DNA from: Pirellula staleyi DSM 6068
Lineage (GTDB): Bacteria > Planctomycetota > Planctomycetia > Pirellulales > Pirellulaceae
Reading direction: 5' to 3'
DNA: 32,000 nt
Assembly: GCA_000025185.1 (NCBI GenBank)
Contig: CP001848.1
Span: 870,001 to 902,000 of the forward strand
The notes beneath the pieces are model-generated. The model made no database searches. It was not told the DNA's origin and saw only the letters and a list, made by a program, of their open reading frames with translations. Below, piece by piece: positions 1-7,605 of this stretch. Both the position numbers and the translations under genes were made by a program. How positions within the stretch are numbered: position 1 is the first letter of the stretch; the number at the start of each line of letters is the position of its first letter.

Positions 1-150
1 GCATCGATTTCGTGGCTGGTCACCCCATGTAGCAGTGTGCTTGAACCAGCTAGCTGAACTTCTCTGCAACTGCAGAGCAAACTGCACTTCGCACGATGTT
101 CGCCGTTTTATTGCAAACAAGAGAGCCGACAGTGCATTTTTCTAGCGGAG

Positions 151-669
151 CTATTTCGGCGCGGGCTTCGCTTCGGGCTTCTCGTCGACGGGAAGTTTTT
201 CCATGGTGCCGAACAGGTGGCCGGTCACTTTGCCGTGACGCCAGGTGCCCGCGTACATGCCGTCGTAGAGGACCACGCGACAGCTGAAGGTGCCGAGGCC
301 GGGAATCGCCATTTCGGTCATCGAGAGAATCGGTGTGGTGCCAGCCCACTCGATATCGATCGGAACGGGGATTTTCGTCTTCTCGTTCATGCTGGCCGAG
401 AGCATCCACAGATTGCCGTCGGGCATTTTGGTCGCTTTGTGAATGACGTACGACTCTTCTTTCGCCCCACCTTCTTTGCCGATGGTGGTGAAACGACCGG
501 TGAGCTTCATGCCGGTCAATTCTTTCTCGAGGTTCTTGATCAGCTCCTCAGCGGTGGGCGTTTTTGCTTCAGCGGCGGCGGGGGCAGCCTCCTGAGCGTG
601 GAGCGCGGGAGCCACGAGCCCCAGAGCGAGTGTCGTGAGCATTGCCCAAGAAAGATGACGAAGCGACAT
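151..669 (-). CDS. Secreted hypothetical protein with an N-terminal Sec signal peptide
   Basis: 172-aa ORF. The N-terminus MSLRHLSWAMLTTLALGLVAPALHA|QE has a basic n-region, a hydrophobic core and an AxA-like cleavage site. The C-terminus is Lys/Pro/Ala/Glu-rich. I recognise no family. Overlapping ORFs 50..409(-) and 217..699(+) look like GC-driven artefacts. Confidence 0.6.
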   Translation of the reverse strand: MSLRHLSWAMLTTLALGLVAPALHAQEAAPAAAEAKTPTAEELIKNLEKELTGMKLTGRFTTIGKEGGAKEESYVIHKATKMPDGNLWMLSASMNEKTKIPVPIDIEWAGTTPILSMTEMAIPGLGTFSCRVVLYDGMYAGTWRHGKVTGHLFGTMEKLPVDEKPEAKPAPK

Positions 670-911
670 CGGGAGTTTCCTTGCGAAAGGGAGGTTTAGC
701 AGAGCAAGCTGCTGCTAAGTTTCGCTCCTTTGCTGCGGCATGGCAACTCGGGAAGGAAGCCTGATGACAGCCGAGGGGTCAAGAAACGACAACGGACGGC
801 ACCTGGGTCGTGTGCCGTCCGTCGCGTGAATTGCGGCTGCTGCCGCTTATCTTATCGCCCCTCGAGAGGGGCCGAATCGCCGCTGCGCTCGTGTCAGTGT
901 CATAGGCTTGG

Positions 912-1364
912 CTACGACATTTCCACTTCCGCATCGTCGATGCTGATGTTCTCGCCCGAGTCACTGGCATTGTCCGGGAAATCGAAGCGTCCGCCACGAC
1001 GGTAGCCCAGGCCACTTTCTCGACGTTCATCGCGCCGAGCGCACTCGATGCACTCGATGGCATAAGGAACGGCTTGCAAGCGAATTAGCTTGATCGGTCC
1101 TCCGCAGCTGTCGCAGAGTCCGTAGCGTCCAGCACGCATCTTTTCGATCGCGCGGTCGATCTGCATGAGCTCGCGACTTTCAACCTCCACCATTTGCGAG
1201 CCGATTTCGGCATTCGCATCGGCGAGGCTCGTATCGAGTTCGTCGACGACGCCACTTTCGCTGGTGTAAAGGGACTGGACTTCGCCGGCGATCGTACGAC
1301 GCAGTGCATCGCGCCGGGCGATCAATCGCTGCTGCATCTTCTTAATGAATTCGTTGCGTTTCAT
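912..1364 (-). CDS. DksA/TraR-family C4-type zinc-finger protein
   Basis: CDSCGGPIKLIRLQAVPYAIECIECA is a CxxC-X17-CxxC finger preceded by a coiled-coil-like region, as in DksA/TraR. The tracked ORF reaches 1601, but I place the start at ATG 1364 (MKRNEFIKK...). That ATG is preceded on the coding strand by GGGAGG (ctcGGGAGGcacagccATG). Confidence 0.8.
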   Translation of the reverse strand: MKRNEFIKKMQQRLIARRDALRRTIAGEVQSLYTSESGVVDELDTSLADANAEIGSQMVEVESRELMQIDRAIEKMRAGRYGLCDSCGGPIKLIRLQAVPYAIECIECARRDERRESGLGYRRGGRFDFPDNASDSGENISIDDAEVEMS

Positions 1365-2144
1365 GGCTGTGCCTCCCGAGATCAAATTCACTTCCGCAGC
1401 AAATTGGCTGACGTGAGTGGCGTTGACCTGATGATGTGTGACTCTGACCTTCTCCTTGTCCTCGAAATGAAAGGGGGTTTGCCGAATCTTTCGGTTCGCC
1501 TCTGTTCCGCTAGGCTTCGCCCTCGCGAAGCTGTCCGACCTGATGAAGAAGTGTCGGTTTGCCTCTTCGACTTCTTCATCTGTCCGTTGCGTGCCATTCA
1601 TACGCAGGATAGTTCGGCTGGGTTCTGTAAATCGATGGTCGATTTTTCGTCATCGATTCATCGAGAAAACCGAACTGTCGCTCGCCAGTGTCGGGGCACC
1701 TTTTTCAGCCTAGGGCTTGTGAAAGGTGTCACGATCTGGGGAAGCAGAACTTTCCGCTGAGCGGCCGCCTCTGGCTTGCACCAGCCCCGTCCACAACCAC
1801 CCTAACTCTGCTATTTTCTGGCGAAAAACGCTGAAAAGACGGCTAAACTGATGATTTGCCGTGCGCCGCAGCGTGCTCTTTCGTGCATGCCAGCGGGACT
1901 CGCTAGACACACGATCGAGCAGAAAGGTTCTCGTGGTCTTCGGCTCGTCGTCCTGAGGCTGATTTGGAGGGTGTTGTATTATTCGGTGGCGAACAGTCTC
2001 TCTTGGGGAAAATCGGCCCAGGAGCGGGAATTGGTCGCGCGGGGCTCGATGCTGTCGCTATCACTGCGAGCCCGATGTCAATTTTTTGAAACATCGAAAA
2101 CTCTCCTGCAGCGCGGCAAATCTGGAAACAGAGGGAGGCTGTGA

Positions 2145-2828
2145 GTGCCACTAGAACCGGGACGAGGTTCTAGCGACAATTCGCTGGCACTAAACGATGG
2201 CTCTGCGGATTGGCTTGCGAGCGCACGACACGCCCCGACGATGGTGACGAGCATGCTGGGAATGACGATCATCCGCTGGACGATTCGGATCGCGATGCTG
2301 TTGTTCGCGACGGCGATCGCGCTGCGCATCGTCAGTGGTGCAAGCTGGCGCACTTCGGCGGAACTGTCGCGGTCGAAACAGATCTACCGCACATGTTGGT
2401 CGCTGGGAGCTTTGTGCTTCGTGGCCCATGTGGTGGCGGCGATGCACTTTTTTCATCACTGGAGTCACGCCTCGGCGCTGCGTGTCACGGCCGAGGAAAC
2501 GGACAAGCTGATGGGGGTGCGATTTGGTGAAGGGATTTACTTCAGCTACGTTTTTCTCGTCCTGTGGGTCGCCGATGCCGGGTGGGTGCTCGTGAACTTT
2601 CGGAGCTACTTTGCTCGCTCGAGTCTTCTGAGTTGGTCCCTTACCGGCTACCTGATTTTCATTGCTCTCAATGGAGCGGTGGTGTTCGAAGGGGGCGCAA
2701 GTCGCATCGGGGGTCTTGTCGCCACTGCTATTCTTCTCTTACTGGCAGTGCGGAGCTGGCTCCTGAAATCGCCTGCAGAGCGTGCTACCGAATCGTTACT
2801 TCCTCTCGCTTCTGAAACCCGGCCGTGA
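2145..2828 (+). CDS. Integral membrane protein, unknown function
   Basis: 227 aa with several hydrophobic helices (IRIAMLLFATAIAL, SLGALCFVAHVVAA, FSYVFLVLWVADAGWVLV, GYLIFIALNGAVVF, LVATAILLLLAV). GTG start at 2145 lies 7 nt after GGGAGG (2132-2137). Its stop overlaps the next gene's start in a GTGA overlap at 2825-2828. Confidence 0.65.
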   Translation: MPLEPGRGSSDNSLALNDGSADWLASARHAPTMVTSMLGMTIIRWTIRIAMLLFATAIALRIVSGASWRTSAELSRSKQIYRTCWSLGALCFVAHVVAAMHFFHHWSHASALRVTAEETDKLMGVRFGEGIYFSYVFLVLWVADAGWVLVNFRSYFARSSLLSWSLTGYLIFIALNGAVVFEGGASRIGGLVATAILLLLAVRSWLLKSPAERATESLLPLASETRP

Positions 2829-4129
2829 AAATCGCTTACCTCACCAGCGGCGCTGCCGGCATGTTGTGCGGCAGTTGCTTGCACGACAACACGCTCGCGC
2901 GCGAGATGATTGCGCTCGGGGCCGACGTGCAGCTCGTTCCGCTCTACACGCCGATTCGGACCGATGAGATCGACGTAAGTCAAAAACCGGTGTTTTTCGG
3001 CGGGATTAACGTCTACCTGCAGCAGCATTTTCCACTTGCGCGGCACTTGCCACGGTGGCTCACGCGCTGGCTCGATCAGCCGTGGATCATTCGGCTCGCC
3101 TCGCAGCGAAGCATTCAGATTAGCGCGCGGGAGCTCGGTTCGCTTACCGTTTCGATGCTGCGTGGTGCGGAAGGTTTTCAGGCGCAAGAGGTCGAACGCC
3201 TGGCCGACTGGCTCTCAGGAGACCTGAAACCCGACGTCCTCGTTTTCAGCAACATGCTGACAGCGGGCTGCGTCCCCGCGATCAAAGCCAAACTGCCGGT
3301 GAAGGTGCTCGTCACGCTGCAAGGCGACGACATTTTCCTACAGGATCTCGTGGCACCTTATCAGCAGCAAGCGCTCGACGAGATGCGCCGGCTCTGCAGT
3401 TCGATCGACGGTTTTTTAGTCCACAGCGACTACTACGCGCGCCACATGCAGGAGATTTTGCAAGTTGGCGCGGAGAAGTTTCGCGTGCAGCCGCTCGGAA
3501 TCGACGCGAAAGAATTGGCCGATGGAACCAAGCATGCCGATGTTCCGCTCGCGGCGAGCGACGATCTAACGATTGGCTATCTCGCGCGGCTTGCGCCCGA
3601 GAAAGGGCTGCATGTGCTCGCCGATGCGTTTGTGCTACTTAAAAAAATGCCCGGCATGGAGCGAGCCCGACTCCGGATTGCTGGTTGGCTCGGCAAGCAG
3701 CACGAAGCGTATGCCACGAAAATTATCGCGCGACTTCAAGCTGAAACCGGCGCTGCTTCGATCGATCATGTCGGCGAAGTTTCGCGGCAAGAGAAGCTGG
3801 CGTTCTTGCGTTCGCTCGATGTGCTGTCGGTCCCCACGACCTATCGCGAACCCAAGGGGCTGTTTGCTCTCGAGGCGCTCGCGGCCGGTGTTCCGGTCGT
3901 TTTGCCCGAGCATGGTGCGTTTCCCGAGATGATCGGCGCGCTAGGGGGTGGAAGTCTCTGTCGCCCCAATGATCCACAGCATCTGGCCGAGAAACTCGCC
4001 GAGATGCTGCGCAATCGCGAAGCGGCCCGCGCGATGGGGCGCGATGCCCAAGCGCGTGTGCTTGTTTCGCGAAGTGGTCCGGCCATGGCTTCGGCAACTC
4101 TCGCTGTGCTGCGAGAGTTTGTTTCGTAG
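2825..4129 (+). CDS. Glycosyltransferase family 4 (GT-B fold, group 1)
   Basis: 434 aa. The C-terminal half has the GT1/GT4 signature: IGYLARLAPEKGLHVL, then SLDVLSVPTTYREPKGLFALEALAAGVPVVLPEHGAFPEMI (E-x7-E type). Translationally coupled to the upstream membrane protein. Confidence 0.85.
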   Translation: MKIAYLTSGAAGMLCGSCLHDNTLAREMIALGADVQLVPLYTPIRTDEIDVSQKPVFFGGINVYLQQHFPLARHLPRWLTRWLDQPWIIRLASQRSIQISARELGSLTVSMLRGAEGFQAQEVERLADWLSGDLKPDVLVFSNMLTAGCVPAIKAKLPVKVLVTLQGDDIFLQDLVAPYQQQALDEMRRLCSSIDGFLVHSDYYARHMQEILQVGAEKFRVQPLGIDAKELADGTKHADVPLAASDDLTIGYLARLAPEKGLHVLADAFVLLKKMPGMERARLRIAGWLGKQHEAYATKIIARLQAETGAASIDHVGEVSRQEKLAFLRSLDVLSVPTTYREPKGLFALEALAAGVPVVLPEHGAFPEMIGALGGGSLCRPNDPQHLAEKLAEMLRNREAARAMGRDAQARVLVSRSGPAMASATLAVLREFVS

Positions 4130-4222
4130 TCACACACGCCGCCAGCCGCTATAACCGAGGAGAGTGGTGCCAGCTCTCACTTCCTCTTCCCTGCGACACA
4201 TCCTTCACGATGGCACCCGCGA

Positions 4223-5146
4223 GTGGGCGAACTTCTCATGGACCCGATTGTCGAGCAACTTCAGACAGCGCTGCGCAGCGACGTGGCGAAGTCGCGTTAC
4301 TTGAGCAGCTATCCGCTCGACTCCCTGGCGCTCCCGTCGATTCGACTGATGACGGAAAGCGTGGCCCAGATAGAACTCGGACTTGGCGAGTCACGCATCG
4401 GAGGCCTTCCCGATGTGCCACCGAAGTTTGTCTGGCCGCGCTGGAAACCCCGTTTGCCACGCCAAGATCGATACAACGCAATTTGGGACCCCGAAGATCC
4501 GCAGCCCCTTTCGTTCATCGCGCAGATCGATCTCGATTCGCTTCCGTCGATCGACAACGCGCTCCCTTCGCGCGGGTTTCTCTATTTCTTCTACGACGGC
4601 TTTTGCGAACCGTGGGGCTTCGAGCCGAACGATCGTGGCTCGTGCCGCGTGATGTACTTTGATATCGATCGCGAGGATTTGAGCCGAGCCAAGTATCCAG
4701 CCGACTTGCCCGAGGAGTTTCGGTACTCACCGACCCGCGTGTCGACGAGCATCGAACTCACCCTCCCGAATTATGCCGACGATATTCCCGAAAAGCCCCC
4801 GGCCAGCGAGAAGTATCAAGACCTGCGCGAATCGCTCGCTGCCGAGCCCCGCGATGTGCAGCATCGCTTGCTGGGTCACCCGCAAGTGATTCAAAGCCCG
4901 ATGGAGATTTCCGTCCAAGAGGCGACGAGCGGCTATCAGCAGAAAGAACTGGCGACCTACGACGACGAAATCGTGGGTGAGGTGCTGAAAGGGGCGGTCG
5001 ATTGGCGACTCTTGCTGCAGATCGACAGCGACGATAACCCCGGCTGGATGTGGGGAGATTCGGGGAGGCTGTACTTCTGGATTCGCCAGCAGGATCTGGC
5101 GACGAAGAACTATGCGAGCGCCTGGCTGATCCTGCAAAGCAGCTGA
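4223..5146 (+). CDS. DUF1963 / YwqG-family protein
   Basis: Motifs typical of DUF1963: SRIGGLPDVPPKFVWPRW, PLSFIAQIDL, LPSRGFLYFFYD, HRLLGHPQVIQ, WRLLLQIDSDDNPGWMWGDSGRLYFWIRQQDL. Start is uncertain, either GTG 4223 or ATG 4238 (MDPIVEQ...). Confidence 0.75.
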   Translation: MGELLMDPIVEQLQTALRSDVAKSRYLSSYPLDSLALPSIRLMTESVAQIELGLGESRIGGLPDVPPKFVWPRWKPRLPRQDRYNAIWDPEDPQPLSFIAQIDLDSLPSIDNALPSRGFLYFFYDGFCEPWGFEPNDRGSCRVMYFDIDREDLSRAKYPADLPEEFRYSPTRVSTSIELTLPNYADDIPEKPPASEKYQDLRESLAAEPRDVQHRLLGHPQVIQSPMEISVQEATSGYQQKELATYDDEIVGEVLKGAVDWRLLLQIDSDDNPGWMWGDSGRLYFWIRQQDLATKNYASAWLILQSS

Positions 5147-5203
5147 TCGCTGCGGGCCTAATCGCCGATGGCCTAATCGCCGACCGCTAAGTCCGCAGCG
5201 CGC

Positions 5204-5249
5204 AAAAAAATGCCTCCACAGCTAGAAGTTTCTAGTGGGAGGCATTTTA
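5204..5249. terminator. Bidirectional rho-independent terminator
   Basis: Long hairpin: ATGCCTCC(a)CA..CTAGA-agtt-TCTAG..TGGGAGGCAT. It is flanked by an A7 run (5204-5210) on one side and T4 (5245-5248) on the other. On the plus strand it sits downstream of the DUF1963 gene. On the minus strand it is followed by T7 and sits downstream of tRNA-Leu. Confidence 0.7.
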
Positions 5250-5311
5250 ACTTGAAGCTTCGCCTGGCAGCCCGATCTTGCGATGTAAGTGCCTGGAGCG
5301 AAACGATTTAG

Positions 5312-5395
5312 TGCGGTCGAGAGGGTTTGAACCTCCACGCCCTTTCGAGCGCCAGCCCCTCAAGCTGGTGCGTCTGCCAATTCCGCCACGACCGC
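5312..5395 (-). tRNA. tRNA-Leu(GAG): tRNA-Leu (anticodon GAG), class II with long variable arm; CCA not encoded
   Basis: The reverse complement reads GCGGTCG-TG-GCGG-AATTGGCAG-ACGC-A-CCAGC-TTGAGGG-GCTGG-CGCTCGAAAGGGCGT-GGAGG-TTCAAAC-CCTCT-CGACCGC-A. This gives a 7-bp acceptor stem, a TTCAAAC T-loop, and anticodon loop TT-GAG-GG. Confidence 0.9.
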
Positions 5396-5486
5396 GGCGA
5401 ACCTCCAAATGTACATCCCGGCTGGTTGTCGTCAAGGGACCGGAACCAAAGGAGAATAGTTCGCGCGGTTTGCTCGGCTCGTCGGC

Positions 5487-5885
5487 TTAGACTTCGTCTT
5501 CGTAAACGACAGCGGCGGGGCGTCGCAGGGCCGCTTTACGGCGTGGGCGGTTCCGCACAATCGGGCCGTCCCCTTCGCGGAAGTAATAGCCACCTAAGAG
5601 TTTATAGAAAAACAGGATCACAAACGATCCAGCCGTGGCCACGGCAAAGCCAGCCACACTGATGGGCGTGACCCGTGTCCCTTGGGGGCTGAAGAAAGTC
5701 AGTACGCCGCAGCCGATCACGGTGCCGCCAATCCCCATGGCGAGGGTCGCGACAGCTCCCCCCGGGTCTTTGCCCGGCATGATCGCCTTGGCGAGGAGTC
5801 CAGCCAGGGTTCCAAAGCCGATCCAAACGAGCACATCGTTGGCCCACTGCGACACGTTCTGCAGAAACTCGTTGTTCTCTTCCAT
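5487..5885 (-). CDS. GlsB/YeaQ/YmgE (transglycosylase-associated) family membrane protein
   Basis: 132 aa. WIGFGTLAGLLAKAIMPGKDPGG..ATLAMGIGGTVIG..GFAVATAGSFVILFFYKLL matches the small Gly-rich 3-4 TM pattern of this family. It has a basic C-terminal tail. Confidence 0.8.
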   Translation of the reverse strand: MEENNEFLQNVSQWANDVLVWIGFGTLAGLLAKAIMPGKDPGGAVATLAMGIGGTVIGCGVLTFFSPQGTRVTPISVAGFAVATAGSFVILFFYKLLGGYYFREGDGPIVRNRPRRKAALRRPAAVVYEDEV

Positions 5886-6075
5886 CGCAATGCCTCTGGC
5901 GTTAAGTCGTTATCCTGCTGCAGTTTGAGTAGCGATGAACCACCCCAGTCGCGGAGACATGAGCGCACACACAGGCAGAACCACTCTCGGTCGATATCGA
6001 CCACCACAGGGCGGAAACTTTGGTTCGCGCGGCAAGATGTATCGGCTTTGCAGGAAGAAACGGATATCGAGGTCG

Positions 6076-6969
6076 CTAGGTGCTCGCCAGCACCTCGTGC
6101 AGCCGAAAGTGGAACTTGCCAAGTTTCCCCCCATAGTTGCCAGCGGTGATGGCCAAAATCGGATGCTCGGCTGCTGCCAGCATGCCGACGCGCATCGCCT
6201 CGGCGACCGCCGCTTGGGTGGTGCCGTCGATCACCACTTCGAGCGCCGTGGTGCAGTCGGGATGAAGCTGCGACTCGACGCGCCCCTTCAAGGTGGGACA
6301 TAAGAGCTCATTAGTGCTCGCGCGGAGGGTCTTATATTGAGATCCCACCTTGCTACCACTGCGCGCCACACCCCCTGGAAATGGTGTGATTACTCCTGGG
6401 ACTTTGGAGATCGCTTCGACAGCCGCTCTTGATGCATTTAAGACCGTATTGAGATGGGTAGCTTGAAGAATGAAATTACCACCGGCCACACCGCGCTCGA
6501 CACCCACCGACTCTTCAATGAGAAACTCGCCTTCCATCACCGGAATGCGCCAGTAGCGTCGACCGGCGATTTGCTTACTCTTTTGAAACCCATCACCGAA
6601 AAAACGGAGGTGTTTCCCGAGTGGAAGCGATGTTTCGGTCCCCGAGAGCCCACTAAAGACAGCGGTGCTGGGGCAGGTCATTAAACATTGTCCCGCGCGA
6701 TTGGTAACCGCTTTACCAAGCGCATCGGAAGAGAATCCAAATAATAAGATATTGGCTCCCACACGTCCGTCGGGCGTTTGGGAGGAATCTAAATAGTTTT
6801 CAACTCCCGCTTCGGCATCACAAGCAATCACACTGGTGGCATACCCTGTAAAAGCTTGAATGGCAGCTGCAAGCCAATGCGCATCGTGCGCGGTGATGAT
6901 CACACGGGTGTAGCGCATGCCAAAAGCTTCGGCAAACGTATCATCGATCGTCACGCTACCCAGTTTCAC
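6076..6969 (-). CDS. ftr: Formylmethanofuran--tetrahydromethanopterin N-formyltransferase (Ftr / FhcD)
   Basis: Strong end-to-end resemblance to archaeal Ftr and methylotroph FhcD. Matching blocks: IDDTFAEAF, RVIITA, TGYATSVI.CDAEAG, TPDGR, GQC.MTCP, FFGDGFQ, W.IPVMEGEF, GVAGGNF, PFPGG.ARSGSKVGS, ASTN...CPT, AMR.G, ITAGN.GGKLG. The tracked ORF starts at GTG 7023. I prefer GTG 6969 (VKLGSVTIDD...), which has GGAAGGA upstream and gives the canonical length of about 297 aa. Confidence 0.9.
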   Translation of the reverse strand: MKLGSVTIDDTFAEAFGMRYTRVIITAHDAHWLAAAIQAFTGYATSVIACDAEAGVENYLDSSQTPDGRVGANILLFGFSSDALGKAVTNRAGQCLMTCPSTAVFSGLSGTETSLPLGKHLRFFGDGFQKSKQIAGRRYWRIPVMEGEFLIEESVGVERGVAGGNFILQATHLNTVLNASRAAVEAISKVPGVITPFPGGVARSGSKVGSQYKTLRASTNELLCPTLKGRVESQLHPDCTTALEVVIDGTTQAAVAEAMRVGMLAAAEHPILAITAGNYGGKLGKFHFRLHEVLAST

Positions 6970-7450
6970 GTTCGCTAGTTCCTTCCGGTGGTCGTCACGG
7001 CTCAATCGCGCCGGTCGCAGCACTTTCCTACGACGGCGGAGCGAGAAATTTGAATCTCGGCGGCACCATCGTGGGTAATGTGCTCGGGCAATCTCTCGCA
7101 GGCTCGCCAGTCACAAGTTTGCCAGTATAGAAGTTCGCGCGGGAAGATGCTGCGGGAAGTCGCGGCGGTCGCTTGCAAATCGGGTGGTCTACGCAAGTTT
7201 TGCGGAGGCCGGATGTAACAGTCCTCCCCGGTGCCGACCAATGGTCTCTGTTCAGCGAGTGGTTCCGGTAGACGAAGTGGAGCAAGTCGTAACGGCGACT
7301 CAGGTTCCATTACGCTCTAGCTAGGGAGTGCCAGTTACACACCTACCTACCCCTCGAGAGCTGGAGATAGTCGAGAAAAACTTCGTTTCGCAACTACCAC
7401 TGTCTTCGCAGCTTACGCACGCGACACCGTTTTTCTCTTGAACTTTGCAA

Positions 7451-7479
7451 TTGCATCGACTAGCGAGATACTCGATAAT
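7451..7479 (+). promoter_or_regulatory. Candidate sigma70-type promoter for the J-like gene (TTGCAT-17 nt-GATAAT)
   Basis: TTGCAT at 7451-7456, a 17-nt spacer, then GATAAT at 7474-7479, about 125 nt upstream of ATG 7606. It overlaps the perfect palindrome TGCAATTGCA (7446-7455). Assigned by consensus matching only. Confidence 0.2.
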
Positions 7480-7605
7480 TATTGGCTGGGGAGCTTTCGG
7501 ATGATTCGCCCCCTGTATGTTTCGACCGCAGCTGCTCCCGATGGAGCGCCGACTGATTCGTCCAACCGCCTCAGCGACCGATACCCACCTACCACGAGGC
7601 CAGCG

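Noticed and set aside
912-1601. N-terminal extensions of tracked ORFs: DksA-like to 1601, def to 14610, ftr to 7023, nuoI to 31085, M50 from 16666, and the J-like gene from 7438
   Set aside because: The extensions lack homology to the respective families. Each has a better internal start with an SD and a canonical protein length, so I used the shorter coordinates. Uncertainty remains for M50 and nuoI.
5155-5183. Direct duplication GGCCTAATCGCCGA-t-GGCCTAATCGCCGA after the DUF1963 stop codon
   Set aside because: There are only two short copies and no associated structure or ORF. It is probably a trivial slippage duplication in a 3'UTR.
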